Positions 49,680-59,609 are shown, numbered from the stretch's first letter. The stretch is 64,000 bases of DNA from an uncultured Collinsella sp. (GCA_902496275.1 CABVAC010000006.1:19891-83890), one strand, 5' to 3'. Notes: generated by a model from the sequence alone, not told the origin. Numbers and translations are program-made.

Positions 49680-50561
49680 ATGGAGTTTGTTCTTGATAAC
49701 GGTTCTATCCGCGTGGCACTGAGCACGGCGGGCGGGTCGTTCACTTCTATTACGGCCAACGGCCGTGAGTACCTGTGGCAGGGCGACCCGGCGGTGTGGT
49801 CGGGCCAGGCACCCATTTGTTTCCCGATCTGCGGCGGCCTTCGTGACGGTCGCGCAATGACCATGGGCGGCCGCGAGGTCAAGCTCGCCCGCCACGGCTT
49901 TGCTCGCAAGCAGGAGTGGAAGCTCGAGGAGCAAAGCGACAACATGGTTGTGCTGAGCTTAAGCTCTGCCGACCATGCCGAGTTGCTCGAGCAGTACCCG
50001 TATCCGTTTAAGATCGTTGCTCGTTACACGATCGATGCGGAGAAGGTGGCCGTGTCGTACGAGGTGACCAATGAGGGCACCGAGGACATGCCGTTCTTTG
50101 TGGGCGGTCACCCTGGCTTTAAGTGCCCGCTTGACGAGGGCGAGTCCTACGACGACTACGAGCTCCGTTTTGAGCAGCGCGAGGCCGCCGAGCTCTGTAC
50201 TGCCGTTCCCTCGACGGGCCTGATTGATGTTGAGCATCGCAGCAAGAACCCGATGGTTGGCCATGACCTGCCGCTGACCCACGAACTCTTTGACTTCGCA
50301 GAGACCATCTTTGACGTGCTCGAGAGCCGCGTGGTTACGCTTATCAAGAAAACCGAGGACAAGGGCGTGCGACTGACGTTCCCCGATATGCCGTACCTGA
50401 TTGTGTGGAGCAAGCCCGAGGGTGACTTTGTGGCCGTGGAACCGTGGGGCGGCCTGTCCACCTGCTCCGACGAGGACGATATTCTGGAGCACAAGCGCGG
50501 CTGCCTGGTGGCCAAGCCGGGGGAGACCGTTACCCGCGGCTTTGAGATCGAGATCCTTTAA
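49680..50561 (+). CDS. lacX: Aldose 1-epimerase family protein (LacX-like), copy 2
   Basis: Close paralog of 19123-20004; lies within the lac operon. Confidence 0.85.
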   Translation: MEFVLDNGSIRVALSTAGGSFTSITANGREYLWQGDPAVWSGQAPICFPICGGLRDGRAMTMGGREVKLARHGFARKQEWKLEEQSDNMVVLSLSSADHAELLEQYPYPFKIVARYTIDAEKVAVSYEVTNEGTEDMPFFVGGHPGFKCPLDEGESYDDYELRFEQREAAELCTAVPSTGLIDVEHRSKNPMVGHDLPLTHELFDFAETIFDVLESRVVTLIKKTEDKGVRLTFPDMPYLIVWSKPEGDFVAVEPWGGLSTCSDEDDILEHKRGCLVAKPGETVTRGFEIEIL

Positions 50562-50617
50562 CGAGCTATCGCATGTTTGGGGCCGCGCGTGTCGTGCCCC
50601 GGAAACAGGAGTTCAAT

Positions 50618-51553
50618 ATGATTCTGACCGTTACCATGAACCCGTCGATTGATACGCGCTATCAGCTCGACAAGTTAATCATCGACGATGTTAACCGTGT
50701 GACGCCCGAAAAGACCGCTGGCGGCAAGGGCCTCAACGTGAGCCGCGTGCTGCTGCAGCTGGGCGACGACGTGCTCGCGACCGGTCTGCTCGGCGGCCAC
50801 ATGGGTGCCTATATGGCCGAGCTCATGGATGCCGATGGCGTCAAGAACGACTTTGTGCCCATTGCCGGCGAGACGCGCATCTGCCTGAATATCCTGCACG
50901 AGGGTAATCAGACCGAGCTTTTGGAGAGCGGCCCGCAGATCGCCCCGGCCGAGCTCGAGGCCTTTACGGCAAAGTTCGCCGAGCTTGCAGCGAAGGCGGA
51001 CGTTGTGACGCTTTCGGGCTCGCTGCCGCGCGGCGTCGATGCCGGCTACTATGCCGAGCTCGTCAAGATCGCCGAGGAGGCGGGCGCCAAGGTGCTGCTC
51101 GACACTTCGGGTGCATCGCTGGAGGCCGCGCTGGAGTCCGACGCTAAGCCTGAGCTGGTAAAGCCCAACCTGACCGAGATTAACGGCCTGCTGGGTACGT
51201 CCTTTACGACCGATGATGTCGATGCCCTGCGCGAGGCGCTTGCCGCCGATGACCGCTTTGCCGGTATTCCCTGGGTTGTCGTTTCGATGGGCGCTGCTGG
51301 TTCGGTGGGCTTCCATGAGGGTCGTGCGTTCCGCGCCAAGACGCCCGCGATTGCGGCTGTAAACGCGACGGGTTCCGGCGACTCGACCATCGCCGGCTTT
51401 GCGCATGCGATTGCTGCTGGTACCGACGACGTCACGGTGCTCAAGACCGCCAATACCTGCGGCAAGCTCAACGCCATGGATCCCAAGACTGGCCACCTGG
51501 TCATGGACCGCTGGGACGAGATCTATAACAGTGTTGTCGTGACTGAACTCTAG
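50618..51553 (+). CDS. lacC: Tagatose-6-phosphate kinase, copy 2
   Basis: PfkB motifs; close paralog of 20064-20999. Confidence 0.9.
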   Translation: MILTVTMNPSIDTRYQLDKLIIDDVNRVTPEKTAGGKGLNVSRVLLQLGDDVLATGLLGGHMGAYMAELMDADGVKNDFVPIAGETRICLNILHEGNQTELLESGPQIAPAELEAFTAKFAELAAKADVVTLSGSLPRGVDAGYYAELVKIAEEAGAKVLLDTSGASLEAALESDAKPELVKPNLTEINGLLGTSFTTDDVDALREALAADDRFAGIPWVVVSMGAAGSVGFHEGRAFRAKTPAIAAVNATGSGDSTIAGFAHAIAAGTDDVTVLKTANTCGKLNAMDPKTGHLVMDRWDEIYNSVVVTEL

Positions 51554-51554
51554 G

Positions 51555-51705
51555 GTTTCGGCGTTTTACCAAACGCCGAAACGGCTCGACGCTACAAACG
51601 CCCCTAAGCGGCAATCTGACGTTCAATCGTCGGGCATGACCAGAAGGTCAATGCCCTCCTCTTTCACGTCACCTTGCTCGCTTAGGGGCGTTTTCGCTGT
51701 CGTTG
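51555..51705. other. Structured intergenic element, copy B
   Basis: See 49306-49460. Confidence 0.65.
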
Positions 51706-51891
51706 CCAAAACATCGACGTTGCCCTGGTCGCAAGTAGTCGTTGGGGACGTTCTTGTTTGACTAGTCGTTTAAGAACGTCCCCAACGACTAGCCAATAAA
51801 ACGGCGCCCGTCGGCGATGTTGCCGGCGGGCGCCGTTGTCGTGTAGGTGGCTATGTCGTGCAGGCTGCTGTTGAACGTTCGGGCCCGTGCT

Positions 51892-53520
51892 CTACAGCGA
51901 GTCGATAAAGCGCTGCTGGGCGGCGCGTCCTGCCTCGTCCCACTTAAAGACTCCGGCGTTGTCGAGCACGTGGCCAAACACCACGCCCACCTCCTCGTGC
52001 AGGATGTCGATGGCGTTGTCCGCCGTAAGCTCGTCGGCGCGGCGTGCAAAGACATCCTCGGCCCATGCGGCGTGGCTGCGGCAAAGGTCGTCGCCCTCGA
52101 GTGCGGCGCCAAGGTCGTAGCTTGCGTCGACCTTGGCGGCCAGCAGGTGCTCGCGGACGGCGCCGAGCTCGGGAACCAGGCGTGGCGGCAAAATGGCCAG
52201 GCCCATGACCTCGATCAGGCCGATGTTCTCCTTCTTAATGTGGTGGTACTCGGCATGCGGGTGGAATACGCCCAGCGGATGCTCGTCAGTCGTGATATTG
52301 CAGCGAAGCGCCAGGTAGGCCTCGTAGATTTCGCCGCCGGCATTGCCGCGGGAGTCGACGCGGCGGATGACGGGCGTCACGGTGTTGTGCGCCACGCCAT
52401 CGGCTGTGTGCGCGACGACGCCAACCGACTCATCGGTCCACTCGCGCCAGGCAAGGATAATCTTCTCGGCGGCGTCGAGCAGCTGGGCGCGGTCGTGCGA
52501 ACGCAGTCGCAGCACCGAGAGCGGCCACTGCAACACGGTACCGCTGACCTGGTCAAAGCCGGGCACGCTAAACTGCGAGACCTCAGCGGCGTGCATCATG
52601 GGGAACTCGTGTGCGCCGCCCTGGAAGTGGTCGTGCGACAAGATCGAGCCGCCCACGATGGGCAGGTCGGCGTTGGAGCCAATAAAGTAGTGCGGGAACA
52701 GGTCCACAAAATCGAGCAGGCAGGTCAGACCCTTGCGGTCGACGTGCATCGGACGATGCTCGGAGCTCATAGCAATGCAGTGCTCGTTAAAGTACGCGTA
52801 CGGGCTGTACTGGAAGCCCCAGCGCTCGCCGTCGAGCTGGATAGGGATAACTCGCAGGTTCTGACGGGCGGGATGGGCACCGCCGTCGGCTGCGGCGGAG
52901 CGTCCAGGGTAGCCCTCGTTCTCGATGCACAGCTGACAGGCGGGATACTTCTCGCTCGTGTTTTTGGCGGCACCGGCCGCGGCAATATCGCGCGGGTCCT
53001 TCTCAGGCTTGGACAGGTTGATGGTGATCTCCAGGTTGCCCCAGTTGGTGGGGGTGCTCCATTTGATATTGCGCGCGATGGCGGCGCGGCGCACGTAGCC
53101 GGCGTCGCAGCATAGACCGTAGAACCAGTCGGTTGCGGTGCGGGGCTCGTTGACACCAATGCGGCCGTTGAATTCCTCGTTTACAAACGAAGGCCTCGGC
53201 ATCAGCACGCCCATGATGCGCATGGCGATGCGATCGCGGCCCGATGCCGTGTCCTCGGCGGCGCCGTTGGCAACGGCAGCCTCGGAAAGCGCGGCAAGCG
53301 TGCCTTCAAGGTCAAAGTTGGGGAGTGTATCGGGGTGCAAGAGCGAGAGTTTCTCGACCTGGAGCGCCCAGGCCATGTCGAGCGCCGGGCCCGTAGCACC
53401 GATGCACTCGAGAATGGTGTTATACGCCCAGATGCGATCGTCCTGGCCGATCATCGATCGGTGGATAGCGTACTCGATCAGGTTCTGCGCGGCCTCGCGC
53501 ACGTCAGTCATTACAGCCAT
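51892..53520 (-). CDS. galT: Galactose-1-phosphate uridylyltransferase (Gram-positive type II)
   Basis: ITINLSKPEKDP, YP.CQLC.ENEGY, GSNADLPIVGGSILSHDHFQ, HHIKKENIGLIEVMGL. Confidence 0.95.
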   Translation of the reverse strand: MAVMTDVREAAQNLIEYAIHRSMIGQDDRIWAYNTILECIGATGPALDMAWALQVEKLSLLHPDTLPNFDLEGTLAALSEAAVANGAAEDTASGRDRIAMRIMGVLMPRPSFVNEEFNGRIGVNEPRTATDWFYGLCCDAGYVRRAAIARNIKWSTPTNWGNLEITINLSKPEKDPRDIAAAGAAKNTSEKYPACQLCIENEGYPGRSAAADGGAHPARQNLRVIPIQLDGERWGFQYSPYAYFNEHCIAMSSEHRPMHVDRKGLTCLLDFVDLFPHYFIGSNADLPIVGGSILSHDHFQGGAHEFPMMHAAEVSQFSVPGFDQVSGTVLQWPLSVLRLRSHDRAQLLDAAEKIILAWREWTDESVGVVAHTADGVAHNTVTPVIRRVDSRGNAGGEIYEAYLALRCNITTDEHPLGVFHPHAEYHHIKKENIGLIEVMGLAILPPRLVPELGAVREHLLAAKVDASYDLGAALEGDDLCRSHAAWAEDVFARRADELTADNAIDILHEEVGVVFGHVLDNAGVFKWDEAGRAAQQRFIDSL

Positions 53521-54716
53521 GCCGCGTAAGCCCCCTTGTCAGAAATCGCGTAGTGGCGGGCAGATCCCTCGCCCAGCCAGCCGTTCATCTTGGCAATGAA
53601 GGTGTCGACCAGATCGAGCGGCACGAAGGCCTGGATGGTGCCGCCAAAGCCGCCACCGTGAATACGAACGGCACCGCGACCGTCGAGCACGTGCTCGGCC
53701 AGTGCCAGGGCATACATCGAGGGCTGCTCGGAGCCCAGCTTGGCAACGACATTCTGTAGGTACATGGCAGAGCTGGCGCCGGACTCGCGCGTCAGGACCA
53801 GGAACTGATCGATGTCGCCGGCGTTCAGAGCAGCCCAGCGCTTGTCGACCAGGCCGTTCTCGTACCAGTAGTGAACGGCGCGCAGGCAGGCGCGGTCGCC
53901 CAGCTTGGCGCGCAGCTCGGGGAGCTTGGCGTCAAAGTCGGCAACATCGACCTCGCACAGGCGTGCCTTGCCAAACTCGGCGGCGACGTCTTGCATCTCG
54001 CGCGGAACGGCAGCGTAATCGTCGGTGGCGGCCACGTGGTCGGCACCGACCTTAACGAGCACGAGCGCATAGCCGTGATCCTCAAAGTTGAGTTCGAGCT
54101 TCTGGGTTTTAGGCTGAGCCTGGTCCTCAAAGTCCATGTAGGCAAGGCCGCCCAGGCACACAGCGGCCTGGTCCATCAGACCGCAGGGCTTGCCATAGTA
54201 GTTGTTCTCGGTGCGCTGGCTCATCTGCGCGAGCGCGACGGGCTCGATGGCGGGTGCGCCCCAGAGGGTTTCCATGGCGCGACCGTACGCGGCCTCGACG
54301 GCGGCAGAGCTGGAAAGACCGCCGCCCGAGGGGACGGAGCAGGTAAAGGCAAAGTCGAAGCCGTGGGGCTCAACGCCAAGGGCTGCAATCTCGTGGGCCA
54401 TGCCGCGGACGAGGCTTGCGGACGTGCCCTTCTCGGACTCCTGAACGTCTAGCGTGTCGAGCGCGATTTCAAACGTGGGATAGCCCTCGTCGGCTACGCG
54501 AACCTTGTTGGAATCGGTTGCCACGGCGATGCCGTCGACGGCGACATCGAGCGAACCGGCGATAACGTGGCCACCCTCGTGGTCGGTGTGGTTGCCGCTG
54601 ATCTCGGAACGGCCGGGCGCGTGCACGTAGAGCACCTGGCGGTCGCCGATGGGGCCAAACTCCTCCTCGAACAGCTTGGTGAGCGTGGCGAATGTCTTTT
54701 CGTCGGGGGTGGTCAT
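53511..54716 (-). CDS. galK: Galactokinase
   Basis: APGR.E..GNHTDH, P.GGGLSSSAA, CGLMDQ, GGGFGG. Confidence 0.93.
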   Translation of the reverse strand: MTTPDEKTFATLTKLFEEEFGPIGDRQVLYVHAPGRSEISGNHTDHEGGHVIAGSLDVAVDGIAVATDSNKVRVADEGYPTFEIALDTLDVQESEKGTSASLVRGMAHEIAALGVEPHGFDFAFTCSVPSGGGLSSSAAVEAAYGRAMETLWGAPAIEPVALAQMSQRTENNYYGKPCGLMDQAAVCLGGLAYMDFEDQAQPKTQKLELNFEDHGYALVLVKVGADHVAATDDYAAVPREMQDVAAEFGKARLCEVDVADFDAKLPELRAKLGDRACLRAVHYWYENGLVDKRWAALNAGDIDQFLVLTRESGASSAMYLQNVVAKLGSEQPSMYALALAEHVLDGRGAVRIHGGGFGGTIQAFVPLDLVDTFIAKMNGWLGEGSARHYAISDKGAYAAWL

Positions 54717-55054
54717 GGGAGTCCTTTCCTTGGCGCGCACGGGTGGGTTTTGCGTCGTTATGAGTACGTTAACAACTTGAAGCGGCATGAACCAAGTGTT
54801 CACGATACCGCACGTTACGGGCTATGTTAACGTACTCATAACACATCGCTTGTCACTTTTTGAGAATCTGGTAATCGGTAGAAATACAGCCGTGAACGGT
54901 ACTGCCGTATGGACTTATAAAGCAGAAGAGATGCAGATAGAAAAAGTAGAGTACGTTAACATGCGTCCGACGATAGCGGGCCTCGGCGCGGGATGTATTT
55001 CTGCCCGGGCCGGCATTCACACTATTCAAATCTCGCAAGGGTGAAGGTGATCCT

Positions 55055-56086
55055 GTGGCAAGGCGCCCGTCCAACGATACAGGTACGCGTCCGGTCTCCA
55101 TGGCCGACGTCGCCCGCGCTGCCGGCGTTTCGCAGCAGACGGTTTCGCGCGTCGCCAACGGCTTGCCCAACGTTAACGAGCAGACGCGCCAGCGCGTGCA
55201 GGCCGCTATGCAAGAGCTCGGCTTTCGTCCGAGTTATGCCGGTCGCTCGCTGCGCGACGGTCGCTACCATTCGGTCGGCCTGTGCGTCAACGATGTCACC
55301 AAGTTTGGCAACCTCTCAATGATCGATGGCATCGCCAGCGCTGCTCGCGAGCATAATTGCGCCATCACGCTGGTCGAGATGTCCAAGACCGAGGAATTCT
55401 CGCTTGCCGAGGCCACGCGTCGTATGGCCGCATTGCCGGTGGACGGCATCATCATCGGTATGAGTCGCATGGCGCCCGATTTTGAGACGTTCGATCCACT
55501 GCCGGGCATTGGCACGGTCATCGTTACCATGTATGCGCACCCGCGGGTGACCACGGTCGATTCCGACCATTACGGCTGCTCGCTGTTGCTTATGGATCAC
55601 CTGTTTGAGCTGGGGCACGAGCAGATTCGTTATATTGGCGGCCCGTCGTTCTCGGTCGACGAACAATTTCGCCGCGCCGGTTGGCAGGATGCGCTCGAGC
55701 GTAAACACATCGAGCCGGCAGAGCCGCTCGAGGGCGACTGGTCTGCCAACAGCGGCTACGAGGCCGGCAGGTACCTGGCCGAGCACGACCGCACCATGAC
55801 GGCGATCTATGCGGCAAACGATCAGATGGCAAATGGCGCGATTGCCGCGCTGCGCGATAGCGGTCTGCGCGTGCCCGAGGACGTAAGCGTGGTGGGCGTC
55901 GACGATTCGCTCGATGATTTTGTCGCACACAACGAGCTCACGACCGTGCGATTCGATCTACATCAGCGCGGACGCGAGGTGTTTGAGCATGCGGTTCCCG
56001 AGGCGGGTACGGCGGGCAAAACCGTTGCCATTCGTATTCCCGGCCAACTCATCATTCGACATAGCACGGCGATACCGCGCGCATAG
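55055..56086 (+). CDS. LacI family regulator 4 (divergent from galKT)
   Basis: MADVARAAGVSQQTVSRV HTH. Confidence 0.93.
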   Translation: MARRPSNDTGTRPVSMADVARAAGVSQQTVSRVANGLPNVNEQTRQRVQAAMQELGFRPSYAGRSLRDGRYHSVGLCVNDVTKFGNLSMIDGIASAAREHNCAITLVEMSKTEEFSLAEATRRMAALPVDGIIIGMSRMAPDFETFDPLPGIGTVIVTMYAHPRVTTVDSDHYGCSLLLMDHLFELGHEQIRYIGGPSFSVDEQFRRAGWQDALERKHIEPAEPLEGDWSANSGYEAGRYLAEHDRTMTAIYAANDQMANGAIAALRDSGLRVPEDVSVVGVDDSLDDFVAHNELTTVRFDLHQRGREVFEHAVPEAGTAGKTVAIRIPGQLIIRHSTAIPRA

Positions 56087-56215
56087 TTTGTGCAGGTAAA
56101 CGGCGGTATATTCCGCCTCAAAAACAATCGGTAAGGATGCTGACAGATAGCCGTGGCTATGAAGGCGAGTGCTATGATAGACGGGCTCTTTTGTCTATCT
56201 AGGAGGCTTTGCCTG

Positions 56216-57376
56216 ATGGAGATCACCAAGGATATCCGCTACATTGGCGTCGACGATCACGACATTGACCTGTTCGAGGGCCAGTACGACGTGTCCGAGA
56301 ACGGTATGGCATACAACAGCTACGTTATCTTGGGCGACAAGATCGCCGTCGCCGATTCGGTTGACGCTGACTTTGTCGACGAGTGGCTCGGCAACCTCGA
56401 GGCCGTGCTCGATGGTCGTACGCCCGATTACCTGGTCGTCCATCACATGGAGCCCGATCACTCCGCTGGTATCGCCGCCTTTATGGAGCGCTATCCCCAG
56501 GCCCAGATTGTGGCTAGCATGGGCGCCTTCCGCATGATGGTCAACTACTTTGGCACCGACTACCCCGAGCGCAAGATGGTCGTCAAAGAGGGCGATGTGC
56601 TCGACCTGGGCGGCCACAGCCTGACCTTTATCGGCGCCCCCAACGTTCACTGGCCCGAGGTGATCTTCTCCTACGAGTCCACCGACAAGGTGCTCTTTAG
56701 TGCCGACGGCTTTGGCAAGTTTGGCGCCAACGACATCGAGGATCCGGAAGGGTGGGCTTGTGAGGCTCGCCGCTACTACTTTGGCATCGTCGGTAAGTTC
56801 GGCAAGTTCGTACAGGCCGTCCTCAAGAAGGCCGCCGATCTGGATATCCAGATCATCTGTCCGCTCCACGGCCCCGTACTGACCGAGAACCTGGGCTATT
56901 ACCTCGACACCTATAACACCTGGTCGAGCTACCAGCCCGAGGACAAGGGCATCACGATTGCCTATGCGAGCGTGTACGGCCATCTGAAGGCTGCCGTCGA
57001 GGAGCTCGCCGCAGCGCTTGAGGCTCGCGGCCAGAAGGTCTCCGTCTTTGACTTGGCTCGCGACGACATGGCCGAGGCCGTTGAGGATGCGTTCCGCTAC
57101 GACCGTCTGGTGCTCGCCTCCATCACCTATCAGGGCGAGATCTTCCCGTGCATGAGCACCTTCATCCATACGCTCGCCGAGCACGCCTACCAGAACCGTA
57201 CGGTAGCGCTCGTCGAGGCCGGCTCTTGGGCGCCTGCAGCTGCCAAGGTTATGACCAAGGAGCTCGAGGGCATGAAGGACATCACCCTGACGCAGAACAA
57301 GGTGACCGTGCTGGGCTCGCTCAACGACGCCTCGCGCGCTCAGATCGAGGCCCTTGCCGACGAGCTGTCCAAGTAG
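56216..57376 (+). CDS. FprA family flavodiiron protein (O2/NO reductase)
   Basis: HHMEPDH, HWPE, FSADGFG, PLHG and a flavodoxin domain. Confidence 0.92.
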   Translation: MEITKDIRYIGVDDHDIDLFEGQYDVSENGMAYNSYVILGDKIAVADSVDADFVDEWLGNLEAVLDGRTPDYLVVHHMEPDHSAGIAAFMERYPQAQIVASMGAFRMMVNYFGTDYPERKMVVKEGDVLDLGGHSLTFIGAPNVHWPEVIFSYESTDKVLFSADGFGKFGANDIEDPEGWACEARRYYFGIVGKFGKFVQAVLKKAADLDIQIICPLHGPVLTENLGYYLDTYNTWSSYQPEDKGITIAYASVYGHLKAAVEELAAALEARGQKVSVFDLARDDMAEAVEDAFRYDRLVLASITYQGEIFPCMSTFIHTLAEHAYQNRTVALVEAGSWAPAAAKVMTKELEGMKDITLTQNKVTVLGSLNDASRAQIEALADELSK

Positions 57377-57435
57377 CGACACATTCACTTCTGATGCTCA
57401 ACCACCACAAAGGAGACCTTTGTGGTGGTTTTTGT

Positions 57436-58239
57436 TTAAGCGCCGGCGATGAGGAGATTTGGGCGGGCGTTGTCGACGATCTCGGCGATTGAGGTGGCGA
57501 CGGCATGATCGGGGTCATGGTCCATCACGATGGCGTCGACATCGGTCAGCTCGGCAAAGCGGTACATGCCGCGTCCGTTAACCTTGCTGGCGTCCATGAG
57601 GGCGACGCTTTGATGGGCCGCGGCGATCATAGCCGTTTTAGTCTCGGCCATCTGGGGAAAGTCGGTCGTAAAGCCGCAGCTGGGGACAAAAGCGCCAGGG
57701 CACATGACGGCAAGATCGGCATGGACCATTTGGAGCGCTTGCATAGTGAGCGGTCCGTACAAATAACGATGGCCTTTGCGCAACGCCCCGCCCAGCATGA
57801 CGACATCGACTGAGGGCATGCTCTCGTCGATGTAATCGGCAATGGTAATGTCGGCCGTGATGACGGTGATGCCGTCGCGCTGATCGAGGAGCCGGACGAA
57901 CTCGAGCGCCGTGGTGCCCGAGTCGACGAGCAACGTGTCGCCGTCATTGACGAGCTCGATGGCGCTTTGCGCGATGGCCTGCTTGGCGGCGACGTTGACG
58001 TTGATGCGGCGATCCTGCGTGGAGACGGTCAGGCGTTTGTGGAGCGATACAGCACCGCCATGCGTGCGGCGCAGCTTGCCTGCTTCGGCGAGCGCGTCCA
58101 GGTCGGCGCGGGCGGTGACGGAGGACACGCCAAAGGTCTGGGCGATTTCTGCTACCTGCACCGAGGCATTATGATCGAGCATCTCCATGATGGCGGAACG
58201 ACGCTCGTCGGCGAAAGCTCGGGTTGTTGCGTGGGCCAT
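57436..58239 (-). CDS. DeoR/GlpR family regulator
   Basis: VSSVTARADL, RTHGGA, VDSGTT, DASK. Confidence 0.92.
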   Translation of the reverse strand: MAHATTRAFADERRSAIMEMLDHNASVQVAEIAQTFGVSSVTARADLDALAEAGKLRRTHGGAVSLHKRLTVSTQDRRINVNVAAKQAIAQSAIELVNDGDTLLVDSGTTALEFVRLLDQRDGITVITADITIADYIDESMPSVDVVMLGGALRKGHRYLYGPLTMQALQMVHADLAVMCPGAFVPSCGFTTDFPQMAETKTAMIAAAHQSVALMDASKVNGRGMYRFAELTDVDAIVMDHDPDHAVATSIAEIVDNARPNLLIAGA

Positions 58240-58574
58240 ATCTGCTCCATCATCGTCTGAAATTTGCAGGAATTGTGTTGACTCTATTTTCGTTCATTTT
58301 CTTTTTGAGTAAGAAAATACCTTTCGATTACTTATCTTTTCTATAAAAGAAAGACGCTGAACGCCCAAAATTCAATATCGAACATGTTCACTCGGCTCAA
58401 ATTTCTTCCGTTTGCTTTTCAAAAATGACTGTATTGACCTGCATGGGCTCAATATCTCGCACGTGCAAAGCTGCTGAATTTCATACAATGAGCGCAGCAA
58501 AACGCAAGGTAAAACGCCTTGTGAACAACTACGCCCGATGTCCAGATGCGGGCGAGGGAGAGGAGCAAACGCTC

Positions 58575-59432
58575 ATGGCACTTGTTACCACCGAAAAGAT
58601 GCTCAAGGACGCTCAGGCCGGCCACTACGCTGTTGGCGCTTTCAACGTCGAGAACCTCGAGTTTGTTATGGCCGTTCTGGCCGCTGCCGAGGAGACCAAG
58701 TCCCCCGTCATCATGCAGACCACCCCGGGCACCATCAAGACCGCTGGTCTGGACTACTTCTACGGCATGGTCAAGGCTGCCGCCGAGCGCGCTTCCGTGC
58801 CCGTTGCCCTGCACCTCGATCATGGCGACGGCTATGACCGCTGCATGCAGGCTTTCCGCACCGGCTACACCTCCGTCATGATCGACGGCTCGCACGAGTC
58901 CTTCGAGGATAACATTGCCCTGACCAAGTCCGTCGCCGACGCTGGCCGCGCCATGGGTGTGCCCGTCGAGGCTGAGCTCGGCAAGGTTGGCGGCAAGGAG
59001 GACGACGGTCCCGCGGTTGAGGGCGAGAGCCCCTACACCGATCCGGCCGAGGCCAAGGAGTTCGTCGAGCGCACCGGCTGCACCTCCCTCGCAATTGGCG
59101 TTGGCACCAGCCACGGTGTGTACACGAGCGATCCGCACATCGAGCAGTCCGTGGTCAAGGCCATCCGCGACGCCGTCGACGTGCCGCTGGTTCTGCACGG
59201 CACCTCCGGTGTGCCCGATGAGCAGGTCGCCGAGGCCGTGAAGAACGGCATCTGCAAGGTTAACTACGCCACCGAGCTGCGTCAGGCCTACACCAAGGGC
59301 TTCATGGCCTACATGGCCGAGAACCCCGCCTGCTTCGATCCCAAGAAGCCGGCCAAGGAGGGCATGCGTGAGATCACCGAGCTGGTTAAGATCCGCATGA
59401 CCAACCTCAACTCTGTGGGCAAAGCAGAGTAA
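58575..59432 (+). CDS. Class II fructose/tagatose-1,6-bisphosphate aldolase
   Basis: LHLDHG, SVMIDGS, VEAELG.VGGKED, LVLHG.SG, KVN. Confidence 0.9.
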   Translation: MALVTTEKMLKDAQAGHYAVGAFNVENLEFVMAVLAAAEETKSPVIMQTTPGTIKTAGLDYFYGMVKAAAERASVPVALHLDHGDGYDRCMQAFRTGYTSVMIDGSHESFEDNIALTKSVADAGRAMGVPVEAELGKVGGKEDDGPAVEGESPYTDPAEAKEFVERTGCTSLAIGVGTSHGVYTSDPHIEQSVVKAIRDAVDVPLVLHGTSGVPDEQVAEAVKNGICKVNYATELRQAYTKGFMAYMAENPACFDPKKPAKEGMREITELVKIRMTNLNSVGKAE

Positions 59433-59456
59433 CAGCAAGGGTACTCTGATCCCACC

Positions 59457-59609
59457 GGACGGCTTGGGCGGGTCCCCGTACTTAGTTTCCAAAACGTCCT
59501 CGCGCATGAAGGCCCCCGTTGCCTCGCTTCTACGAAGCGTTGGCAACGGGGGCCTTCGCGCTGCGGAATGATTTTGGAAACTAAGTACGGGGACCCGCCC
59601 AAGCCGTCC
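59457..59609. repeat. 153-bp nested hairpin with perfect 38-bp arms (REPIN-like)
   Basis: 59457-59494 is the exact reverse complement of 59572-59609; inner 16-bp stem. Confidence 0.85.
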
